The position numbers and the translations under genes were made by a program. Source: a virus (Duplodnaviria > Heunggongvirae > Uroviricota > Caudoviricetes). From it: 7,699 bases of DNA. This document shows, one piece after another, positions 1-7,125 of the stretch (position 1 is its first letter; each line of letters opens with the position of its first letter). The stretch lies in IMG/VR virus record IMGVR_UViG_2711768007_000002; one strand, given 5' to 3'. A model generated the notes under the pieces. The model searched no databases. It was not told the origin of the DNA and was given only the letters and a program-made list of their open reading frames with translations.

Positions 1-105
1 GAACAGGAGGGACAGCTGATAGAAACAGAAGCCACTGGAGCACCTCAAAAACACCATCATACACTAAATCAGTAAGTTGGCAGCATCACCTCATTCGTCT
101 GTTCC

Positions 106-612
106 TTAAATCTTCCAGGAAATTTCTGCATTGCCGTCAGCATCACCGGCACCTGTGAATTCAGCGTTGGTCAGCACCACGTTTTTGCCACTGACTGACG
201 TGGACATGAATCCACCCAGCGGCACTTTGATGGATTCATCAGTGGAGACGACAACGTATACCGGATCGCCTTTTTTGATAGTGCTGGCATCAAAATCAGA
301 ACCGAGATTAACGGTCACGTAGCCACGCTTCATGGCGTCGCCCGGGAAGTTCTTGCCTGTTCCCACCTGGCGAACCATGTCCGGCTGCGACGTGGTCGGA
401 TAAGGGCGCACGTAGATCCCCTTCACCTTGTCTGCGGTATCACCATCTGCCAGCGGCACGAAAAAACCGTCATCATCGTATTTACCAGCCAGGCCATAGG
501 CAGCGAAGGCGTTATCGGATTTAAGGACCACCGGTTCGACGGTTAAGTCCTGCGGGCGAGAGACAGCCCCGGCAATGCCAACAGGCATCCGGTACAGAAA
601 TACATTATTCAT
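106..612 (-). CDS. Phage head-associated protein of unknown function (168 aa), last ORF of the head-assembly block in this window; possibly a decoration or cement-type protein
   Basis: Uninterrupted 168-codon ORF with ATG at 612..610 and TAA at 108..106. Its start lies 3 nt downstream of the upstream gene's TAA, with an AAGGG Shine-Dalgarno just before it, suggesting translational coupling. The product is Gly/Asp/Val-rich with no hydrophobic segments. Function is inferred from position only. Confidence 0.6.
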   Translation of the reverse strand: MNNVFLYRMPVGIAGAVSRPQDLTVEPVVLKSDNAFAAYGLAGKYDDDGFFVPLADGDTADKVKGIYVRPYPTTSQPDMVRQVGTGKNFPGDAMKRGYVTVNLGSDFDASTIKKGDPVYVVVSTDESIKVPLGGFMSTSVSGKNVVLTNAEFTGAGDADGNAEISWKI

Positions 613-615
613 TTT

Positions 616-1836
616 TTACCCTTTACGGTTTGCCCAGAATTCAGCGTTTTGTTTGTTCAGGGAAGCGATACTGGTCATGCCCATGTTTAGGCGCTGTGCA
701 TCGCCGGTGGTGGCGCGGGTGTTTCGCCCTTTGGCAACCTCAGACACGGCATTAAACGCCATGTCGACCGATTGTTTCGGTAATTTGCGGATATCCGCAT
801 CACCGACTATCTGGCGAACCAGCGTTTTGTCAGCAGAAGCCAGAACCTCGCGTTTGAACGCGGTCGGTTTCATCTTACGGCTCAGATCGATACCCGGAAC
901 GATAACTTCGGCACGCCAGGCTGAGTCACCAGTAATCGTGGTTTCCTCTTCATCGTCCTCGCCGTCACCGGTCGGATTATCGTCAGGCTTATTATCGTTA
1001 TCGCCCGTGGCATTTCTTTCCAGCTTAGCCAGCAGGGCTTTCAGTAATGTTTTGAGGTCATCATCACTGTCGCCGGTTGGATCTCCGCCCATCTCTGGTG
1101 CTTTGTCCGGTAGTGGTTGCTGCGGGGACAGGTTGATGTTGAGATTAACGCCCTGCGGCAAATCCCCCTCATCTCCTGTAACCGATGCGGGAGCCGACTC
1201 CACCAGTTCGTTCATGGTGTCGGCATCTCCTGTCTTGATGGCCGCACGCATGCGGTTCCACCAGTTTTTCTTTTGATTTGCCATTGTGTCTCTGTCTCCA
1301 ATTGCACAACGATTTCCGGCTCTGCCTTTAGGGACAAGAGCCACATGGTTTCCGGTAATATCGACCTGCTCGGCTTTACCTGGCTCGGTCTGCTCGTACT
1401 CCGCGTCATAGCCGCACGACACTTCGCGCAGGCCATCTTCGATAAGCTGAATGGCGCTTTCGTCTTTGACGATAAGGTCAGCCAGCATCAAATCAGACTG
1501 CTCACCCGTCCCGCGCCGGACATTCTGGAGGTGCCCGACAGCAAGCTCTTTCCAGTTCTCGGGATTTACCAGCCGCACATTCCCGTTTTCATCTTCAGGA
1601 TGCAGGATCGTGATGCTCATCCCTTCGAATGAGGCAAGCGTGGCCGGATGGAATACCTGCTCAGGAGAACGCGTGACGACTATTTCACCGAACTTATCGG
1701 GTTTCAGTTTTGGCAGGTCATCAGCACCATAGAGCTGCTTACCTGTTCGTCCTATCGGCACGTCTTTGCACAGCAACGAGCCGTCAGCCAGGCGGTATCG
1801 GGTTTCCCCGAGCCTGGTCTCAAAAAAGTATTTCAT
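616..1836 (-). CDS. Phage capsid assembly protein, DUF2213-like (putative scaffold or prohead-protease type), 406 aa
   Basis: Uninterrupted 406-codon ORF with ATG at 1836..1834, 3 nt after the upstream gene's TAA, and TAA at 618..616. It has a globular N-terminal half, an acidic low-complexity linker (DSDDD...DNDNKPDDNPTGDGEDDEEE) and a helical K/R-rich C-terminal region, as in scaffolding-type proteins. It sits between the Mu F-like gene and a small head gene. The family assignment is from memory of DUF2213 phage proteins and was not searched. Confidence 0.65.
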   Translation of the reverse strand: MKYFFETRLGETRYRLADGSLLCKDVPIGRTGKQLYGADDLPKLKPDKFGEIVVTRSPEQVFHPATLASFEGMSITILHPEDENGNVRLVNPENWKELAVGHLQNVRRGTGEQSDLMLADLIVKDESAIQLIEDGLREVSCGYDAEYEQTEPGKAEQVDITGNHVALVPKGRAGNRCAIGDRDTMANQKKNWWNRMRAAIKTGDADTMNELVESAPASVTGDEGDLPQGVNLNINLSPQQPLPDKAPEMGGDPTGDSDDDLKTLLKALLAKLERNATGDNDNKPDDNPTGDGEDDEEETTITGDSAWRAEVIVPGIDLSRKMKPTAFKREVLASADKTLVRQIVGDADIRKLPKQSVDMAFNAVSEVAKGRNTRATTGDAQRLNMGMTSIASLNKQNAEFWANRKG

Positions 1837-1839
1837 GGG

Positions 1840-2622
1840 TTATGCTGCCCTTTTCATTGCGAATGGAACGCGAACAAACACGATCTCTTTATAGCAGCGG
1901 CAGTTTGGCAGCTCGCCCGCGTGGCCGGTCATGCCGTCCAAAGTTGGAGGTGAATCCCAGCGGACGAATTTACCTTTCATGTGATCGTGGGAATCTCGGA
2001 CATCGCCATCATCGGCTGTACGCCAAATATAACCATCCGAGCCAATAGCTATCGCTCGGGCCATATCCAGCGCGCCCGTTGCTCTTCCCAGTTCCGTTCG
2101 GGCAATCAGATCGGCCCTAGACTTAGCAACATCGCCGGTAGATGCAATCTCTTTAGCAAACTGCTCCGCCCGACCACCGGTGACAACAGCCTCTATCGCT
2201 TTGTTCTGGATGTCGTACACCCTGTCTGCGGCCTCGAGAGGCAGAGATTTGATGTACTTGACCTGTTCGGCGATGATGGATTGCATCACCTGGCCCACAG
2301 GAGCGCTTTCCACAAGATTGCGGAGCTCGCGACTGATGTTCTTGCTGTGTTGCCGCCAAACTTTCTCGTTCTGCCGGGTTAGGTCCGCAGTAAAGTTTTC
2401 CGCGACCTTTGTCGCCCAGGGGGTGATGATTTCACTGTAACGCTCCAGCGCCGCAATAATTTCCGTGATACTGTCATTTGAACCATCGTAGCGACCATTT
2501 ACGATGTCTCCGACCGCCCTCGCTATCCTGCGTAGGCTGGTTCGATACCGGATTTCCGCCTGACGGCTCCTGCGGTTCGTCATCAGGTTCGCCGATGCCG
2601 GGCGGCGCTTCATCTTCGGCAT
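1840..2622 (-). CDS. Phage head morphogenesis protein, Mu F / SPP1 gp7 family (260 aa from the first ATG)
   Basis: The C-terminal region carries the family-typical motif ...DSHDHMKGKFVRWDSPPTLDGMTGHAGELPNCRCY (conserved H...PNCRC). The ATG at 2622 is preceded by GAGGA 8 nt upstream. The ORF overlaps the portal 3' end by 149 nt in another frame, and no in-frame start exists downstream of the portal stop, so the start is uncertain. Stop is TAA at 1842..1840. Confidence 0.75.
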   Translation of the reverse strand: MPKMKRRPASANLMTNRRSRQAEIRYRTSLRRIARAVGDIVNGRYDGSNDSITEIIAALERYSEIITPWATKVAENFTADLTRQNEKVWRQHSKNISRELRNLVESAPVGQVMQSIIAEQVKYIKSLPLEAADRVYDIQNKAIEAVVTGGRAEQFAKEIASTGDVAKSRADLIARTELGRATGALDMARAIAIGSDGYIWRTADDGDVRDSHDHMKGKFVRWDSPPTLDGMTGHAGELPNCRCYKEIVFVRVPFAMKRAA

Positions 2623-3556
2623 TCTCGATGTCCTCGTCGGTAATGGATGCCCCGATGCCGGTTACGTCAGAATTTTCTCGCAAATCAGTCATAGCGGCTT
2701 TCAGTGTCATCAGACCATCACCCAGCGCCGTACTGATTGCGTTGGTGGTGTTTAACGCCACCGTTGAGCGATCGACATCAGACATTTGCCAGAGCGGGTT
2801 AAACTCAAACGTGAAATCGTCCGGCAGCGGCTTGCCAAGTTCCGAACGATGCATGATGTCCAGTATCCGCCGCACCGGAAGACGTAAACGCCTCTCCTGC
2901 AACGAACTGATGCGATCGTAATAGTTGGCAAGGTCTGCATCACCGGTAGAAAATCCTTTCGGGGACTGTCCGAACAACCGCACCAGTGGGATACCAACAG
3001 CGCCACTAATCTGTTCTACAAACTGCGAAAGGATGTCATCCAGACCACTGAAGCTGTACTGATGGGTTTCAAACTTATCCCGCGAGTCCATGAGCGTCAT
3101 GCCTTCATTACTCTGGAACTGTCGAATCAGGTCGATATTCTTCAGCAACGCTTCATACGCAGGACCACCAAGTGCGATAAGCTCGCGTAGCTTCTCCACG
3201 CTGTAGGTACGCAAATGCGCCTTGTAGACCAGCTGCGCCGCGCCGACAGTAGCGCTGTCGAACGCGGTAAGACGATCCCAGATACGCTCTACAACCGACA
3301 TTCCCCATTCGTTCTCGGTCATCTTCTGCTGAAATGGCAACGTGACGCCATCAAAGCGAATCAGGCGACTGTGATGAATGCGCCAGGCAGGAATTCCCGT
3401 TGCTGTGGTCACCACATCGTAAAACTCAGGTTTACCCAGGTCCGGCCCCATATCTTTAATGCGGCGGGTCAGTGCCGGGTCGACCATCCAGCGGTCGAGC
3501 GGGAGAATCCCCTTAAACTTGCCCTTACCGATGGTTTCGGGTCGCAGCGGGGTCAT
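2474..3556 (-). CDS. Longest uninterrupted segment of the portal frame (360 codons from an internal ATG, two codons after the second TAG); would encode an N-terminally truncated portal if translated
   Basis: This is the ORF given in the six-frame track. It is in the same frame as the upstream portal N-terminal segments. No convincing Shine-Dalgarno precedes the ATG at 3556 (upstream minus-strand sequence ATGATTGAGGGGTAGGCACCA has only a weak GAGGGG 12 nt away). Confidence 0.45.
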   Translation of the reverse strand: MTPLRPETIGKGKFKGILPLDRWMVDPALTRRIKDMGPDLGKPEFYDVVTTATGIPAWRIHHSRLIRFDGVTLPFQQKMTENEWGMSVVERIWDRLTAFDSATVGAAQLVYKAHLRTYSVEKLRELIALGGPAYEALLKNIDLIRQFQSNEGMTLMDSRDKFETHQYSFSGLDDILSQFVEQISGAVGIPLVRLFGQSPKGFSTGDADLANYYDRISSLQERRLRLPVRRILDIMHRSELGKPLPDDFTFEFNPLWQMSDVDRSTVALNTTNAISTALGDGLMTLKAAMTDLRENSDVTGIGASITDEDIENAEDEAPPGIGEPDDEPQEPSGGNPVSNQPTQDSEGGRRHRKWSLRWFK

Positions 3557-3940
3557 TGGTGCCTACCCCTCAATCATGATGAAACCCACCGCGCCGCCGT
3601 AGAGGCGCGACCATTTCAGCACGTCATTCAGCGCATCCCAGATTTGCAACTCATCCAGTTGTGATTCGAGAATGCCACGATCTTTTGCATCAATTTCCGA
3701 AGTGATGCGAATGCCTTTGCGGGTCATATCATCCGGGATAGCATCGACTGCTTCGCCGATGATCTAGGATGAACGATAGGACCATTCCACCAGCATGCGG
3801 TTACGACTGGTGAAATTAGCCCGGTAGGTGGATGCTGAGTGCTGGTTAGGTGTCTGCATCCCTACGCGGGCAATAAAATTCTCATAACCATCAGCTGTGG
3901 CCTGCACAGTTCGCCGCAGGGCTTGTTTGTTTCGTGCCAT
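2474..3940 (-). pseudogene. Portal protein gene, 488-codon frame interrupted by two in-frame amber (TAG) codons at codons 59 and 126
   Basis: The ATG at 3940..3938 overlaps the terL TGA (minus strand reads TGATG). Translation gives MARNKQALRRTVQATADGYENFIARVGMQTPNQHSASTYRANFTSRNRMLVEWSYRSS, then TAG (plus 3764-3766), then IIGEAVDAIPDDMTRKGIRITSEIDAKDRGILESQLDELQIWDALNDVLKWSRLYGGAVGFIMIEG, then TAG (plus 3563-3565), then APMTPLRPETIGKGKF... in the same frame to TGA at 2476..2474. Position directly after terL and the acidic C-terminal tail fit a portal. Confidence 0.75.
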
Positions 3941-5343
3941 CAGGCCTGTCTCCCCAGCTGTTCCCAGATATCCAGCGATGTATCGATTGGCGCGAAGGCC
4001 ATAATGAATGCATCAGCAACGTTTGGTGACGGTATCTCGCGTTTTGCGAGGTCTTTTTTACTTTCGACCATCACACGTCCGTTACGGTCGAAATCACGAT
4101 GAGGTGTTGTCAGTTCCAGTTTCAGCTTTTCAAGCAACGGACAACGAGAATCTATGCTGATCAGCTCATCCACAGGATACTGTTCTCCGTTGTTAATGGC
4201 GTTAAACGTATTTCTGAAACGGTCAGCCACCAGCCACCATGCCTGAGCCTTAAGATTTGCGAAAAAGTCTTTGTTGGGGATGCCGTTGTACTCGTCATCT
4301 GGCTCATGCACACCAGCACCGGCGTTAAACCTCTGGTAATTCACACGTCGCGCGTATGCGTTCTCGCTCTTCCGGTCAGCGTTAATTTCAGAGAATTTAG
4401 CACCGGCAGACGCACCAACACCGATAGAGTCGTAAACAATATCTGCTTCACGCTCCAGCGCCGCCTGATAAGTACGCTGGCAGCTCTTCAGTAATTCATC
4501 TTCTTTGGCCTTCCATTCGTCGGCCCAGAAAACAACGGATCCGTGACGGTAAACGTTAGCGCACTTATCTGTACCACTGTCAGCCACGTCAAAGCCAATA
4601 CGCTTTCTTCCACTGGGTTCGAAATTTAACGTTTTGTGCGCATCCACTGCGGCTTCTATCCAAGACAGTTTGATGATTGCCGCATCATCATCAGACTCCG
4701 GAACGCCCTCATACACATGTTTAAAACCATCCGGATCACGGCGTCGCGCCGCGTCGATAACCTTAAGCATGGTGTCAGACAGAAACGGATTTTCGTCATA
4801 GTTAATTTTGCGGATGAGAGTGCCTTCGGGCGGATCAACAACGAAGTTGCGCCAGACGAAATCAGTAACAAGTCCGGGGTTGAATATGAACCAGCATTCC
4901 GAACCCTCTTTACGGATCGTTGGCTCCAGAATTTTCCACTGGTATTCCGTCAGTGCGTGGGCTTCTTCCAGCCACAACACATCGATCCCCTCCAGTGACT
5001 TAATTTCTTCGATGTTGCGCCATAATCCATAAAAAACAAATTCCGAGCCAGTAACCCGGTTAATGATTTTGTTGTTCAGAATACGGAAACGGTGCCGCAG
5101 ACCAAACCTGTCTATCTGAATTTTGAGCAGGGTATACACCGACTCTTCGATTTTATTCTGGATCTGACGGGCACAACAAAAACGCAGGGTGTATTTATTC
5201 GACAGAAATATGGCAATGCCAGCGGCATCCCATGATTTTGACGATGACCGACCACCATAAAGCACTTTGTTACGTGCCCGCATAGTCCAGAAACTACGTA
5301 AAGCCGGATTCAGCGTCGGTTTGGATGTCAGAGTAGAAGTCAT
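3940..5343 (-). CDS. terL: Terminase large subunit, Sf6/P22 gp2-like (467 aa from the ATG at 5343)
   Basis: Walker A (VLYGGRSSSKS) lies about 30 residues from the proposed start, and a Walker B-like IDVLWLEEA follows. The block SLEGIDVLWLEEAHALTEYQWKILEPTIRKEGSECWFIFNPG matches the Sf6/P22-type terminase ATPase core as I remember it. Stop is TGA at 3942..3940. The start is uncertain: the track ORF begins at a TTG at 5451, in-frame ATGs lie at 5370, 5367, 5361 and 5343, and an AGGT precedes the ATGs at 5370/5367. I chose 5343 (MTSTLTSK...) on N-terminal spacing to Walker A. Confidence 0.85.
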   Translation of the reverse strand: MTSTLTSKPTLNPALRSFWTMRARNKVLYGGRSSSKSWDAAGIAIFLSNKYTLRFCCARQIQNKIEESVYTLLKIQIDRFGLRHRFRILNNKIINRVTGSEFVFYGLWRNIEEIKSLEGIDVLWLEEAHALTEYQWKILEPTIRKEGSECWFIFNPGLVTDFVWRNFVVDPPEGTLIRKINYDENPFLSDTMLKVIDAARRRDPDGFKHVYEGVPESDDDAAIIKLSWIEAAVDAHKTLNFEPSGRKRIGFDVADSGTDKCANVYRHGSVVFWADEWKAKEDELLKSCQRTYQAALEREADIVYDSIGVGASAGAKFSEINADRKSENAYARRVNYQRFNAGAGVHEPDDEYNGIPNKDFFANLKAQAWWLVADRFRNTFNAINNGEQYPVDELISIDSRCPLLEKLKLELTTPHRDFDRNGRVMVESKKDLAKREIPSPNVADAFIMAFAPIDTSLDIWEQLGRQA

Positions 5344-6058
5344 TGAGGTCACGCTCTCCATTGCCATCATCAATACCTGCATCACGGCGAAGACGATCAG
5401 CCTCCAGAGACACCTTATCAGTGGCGGCCTTGCGGTAGGCTGTATCAGCAAATATTTTTCCTACCGTCGCAAGCGTGCCAACGATGGACTCAATACGAAC
5501 TGTATTGCGCATCATTGCTTTCTCGGCGGCGCTGATATTTTCAATCAGCATCTTCCTTTCCTGGTCCCCATTAGCATCTTCCAGCGACACCAACCACCGA
5601 CCAATATTCTCTGCAGCGACAAGGTTGTTAGCACGAAGGCGAAATAATTCGTCCTCGAGCGTCAACGCTTTAGCGTCCTCTATCACCTCATCTTTGAGCA
5701 GAAGGCGACGGGCATAACCACCGTGTTTTAATGCCTGCTGGTTACCGGGTTGGAATGGGTTAGTCGGGGGATCGGTACGCATTCCGCGTATCGGTTTCGT
5801 ATCCGGTGTAGATTCTGTTTTTAGTTGCGTACTTTTTTGTGTAAGGCCAGTAATGGCAGGCTTTCTGCTGGTACGCACTTTCCTTTTTTGCGTACCATTT
5901 TTGCAAACCTGCGTACCGCCACTGCGTGCCCAACCAAGCTTTTTGGCCCTCTTCCTGATAGCCCCTTCTGTAACGCCGTATTTCTCGCCTATATCACGGA
6001 GGCTAAGGACTCCGGCCCGGTATGCCGATTCGATGGCCTCCCAGTCCGGTTTTGCCAT
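5294..6058 (-). CDS. terS: Terminase small subunit with N-terminal helix-turn-helix (254 aa)
   Basis: The N-terminus DWEAIESAYRAGVLSLRDIGEKYGVTEGAIRKRAKKLGW is the HTH signature of one terminase small-subunit family. It is followed by a basic S/T/P/K-rich linker and a helical C-terminal domain. The gene lies immediately upstream of terL, with AGGAAG 7 nt before the ATG at 6058. Stop is TAG at 5296..5294. Its 3' end overlaps the proposed terL start by about 50 nt. Confidence 0.75.
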   Translation of the reverse strand: MAKPDWEAIESAYRAGVLSLRDIGEKYGVTEGAIRKRAKKLGWARSGGTQVCKNGTQKRKVRTSRKPAITGLTQKSTQLKTESTPDTKPIRGMRTDPPTNPFQPGNQQALKHGGYARRLLLKDEVIEDAKALTLEDELFRLRANNLVAAENIGRWLVSLEDANGDQERKMLIENISAAEKAMMRNTVRIESIVGTLATVGKIFADTAYRKAATDKVSLEADRLRRDAGIDDGNGERDLNDFYSDIQTDAESGFT

Positions 6059-6255
6059 GATTATGCTTCCTGTGATTTACTGTTATCGCTGCCTGTCACA
6101 ATAGGTTGCTTTAATTCTTCCTCATCACTCACTCCTGCGACGCTCCGTGGCAGGGCCCCCCACAGGAGTACCTTGTAAATGTAAGGTGTTTAAGCCTAAA
6201 TTAAGTCGTATCACGGTTAAATAGCAAAGAAAAATTCACAGAAGGAAAGACATTG

Positions 6256-6765
6256 ATGGAGTGGATAAATGCTTTGATGAACTATTTTGTACTTCATCCA
6301 TATCGCCTATGGGGGCTTCTTTTTATAATAGCGTTCACAAAATCCACTTTACTCATTTCGGCGATATTGCCACCAGCATCAATTATGATGGCCACTGTAA
6401 TTACAGTCAGCAAGACGACTCTTTCACCATGGGAAGCTGGAATCACGGTCATGAGTGGCGCATGGTGCGGTACTATCGTTAATTACCATCTTGGTATAAT
6501 AATTGGGCATATCCCTCAACTTGCATGTATAATATCAAGCCGTTCCAATACAATAGAACGGGTTCGCCTTCAGTTGCAAAATAACTCTGTGTCAATACTT
6601 TTCACTTCGCGCTTTATCGCCGTGCTGCGTTATATTGCTCCTTTGGTGGCAGGAATGTTGCAACTTCATCCAGTGAAAGTGTATACAGTGAGTCTGATTT
6701 CAGCTGCTAGCTGGTCAGCACTTTATGTTGGTAGTTTTAGCTTCGTGTTGCCTTTTTTTAGCTAA
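6256..6765 (+). CDS. Multipass inner-membrane protein, DedA / VTT (SNARE-associated) family-like; moron on the strand opposite the late operon (169 aa)
   Basis: The ATG at 6256 is preceded by GAAGGAAAG 6 nt upstream (the track ORF starts at the adjacent TTG at 6253). Stop is TAA at 6763-6765. The product is strongly hydrophobic with several predicted transmembrane segments and DedA-like motifs (FTKSTLLISAILPPASIMMA; SGAWCGTIVNYHLGIIIGH). The region is visibly AT-rich relative to the flanking phage genes. The family call is from motif memory, not a search. Confidence 0.6.
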   Translation: MEWINALMNYFVLHPYRLWGLLFIIAFTKSTLLISAILPPASIMMATVITVSKTTLSPWEAGITVMSGAWCGTIVNYHLGIIIGHIPQLACIISSRSNTIERVRLQLQNNSVSILFTSRFIAVLRYIAPLVAGMLQLHPVKVYTVSLISAASWSALYVGSFSFVLPFFS

Positions 6766-6853
6766 ACTGCCCATAAAAAGCTCTTGCGAATCCAGCTTCC
6801 CCCATTCCTCTGACAACAGAATCTGATTTGAAGGATAATGAGTAAAATTACCG

Positions 6854-7125
6854 CTACCCCCCAAGGCATTGGATCCTGATGTACTCCTGAAGCATTCTCA
6901 ATGCTGTCTGGTCGCTGATGATTCCGTCCCGGATACCGAGAACGTTTCGTCCAGCAACTGGAGAGAGTTCGACGGTGGCATCATTGCCCATGCCGGAGGC
7001 GCTGGAGGTTTCGGCTGAGGATGGCACAGGGCATTTTCCTTTGACGAGCACCCGACCACCATTATCAAGCTTGCGCCGAAGAGCATCATTTTCAGCTTTC
7101 GCATCAGCTAACTCCTTCGTGTATT
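6854..7125 (-). CDS. Rz: Rz i-spanin, C-terminal 89 codons only (5' end lost in the assembly gap)
   Basis: Translation YTKELADAKAENDALRRKLDNGGRVLVKGKCPV...LQEYIRIQCLGG matches the conserved YTKELADAKAENDALR block and C-terminal Cys of lambda Rz as remembered. Stop is TAG at 6856..6854. The gene follows the endolysin on the same strand and contains Rz1 in another frame. Confidence 0.8.
6898..7104 (-). CDS. Rz1: Rz1 o-spanin, outer-membrane lipoprotein nested in the +1 frame of Rz (68 aa)
   Basis: MRKLKMMLFGASLIMVVGCSS carries a signal peptide and lipobox (VVGC), followed by a proline-rich segment PQPKPPAPPAWAMMPPS, as in lambda Rz1 (MLKLKMML...VVGC...PPPPPAW). A strong AAGGAG sits 7 nt upstream of the ATG at 7104. 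Stop is TGA at 6900..6898. Confidence 0.75.
   Translation of the reverse strand: MRKLKMMLFGASLIMVVGCSSKENALCHPQPKPPAPPAWAMMPPSNSLQLLDETFSVSGTESSATRQH

Noticed and set aside
3563-3766. TAG read as a sense codon (genetic-code reassignment or programmed readthrough) to explain the portal ambers
   Set aside because: TAG is the terminator of terS (5296..5294) and Rz (6856..6854) in the same window, and both end at sensible C-termini. No shared readthrough context surrounds the two portal TAGs.
131-5717. Plus-strand ORFs in the track antisense to the head and packaging genes (e.g. 575..1276, 1117..1632, 1710..2048, 2478..2921, 3215..3664, 4099..4494, 4636..4998, 5267..5647)
   Set aside because: These are shadow ORFs opposite well-supported minus-strand genes. 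Their products are low-complexity Ser/Arg/Cys-rich with no recognisable motifs and no ribosome-binding sites.
5825-6178. Plus-strand ORFs 5825..6178 and 5853..6104 overlapping the terS 5' end
   Set aside because: They are antisense to terS, have biased Cys/Phe/Leu-rich composition, and no family resemblance.
6059-6255. Lambda-like cos site in the region between the lysis and packaging modules
   Set aside because: No resemblance to cosN/cosB was seen, and the Sf6/P22-type large terminase implies headful packaging from a pac site, typically inside terS.
6766-6853. Bidirectional terminator between the convergent DedA-like gene and Rz
   Set aside because: Only a weak 5-bp stem (AAGCT/AGCTT) with an 11-nt loop and no U-tract is present, which is insufficient to call.
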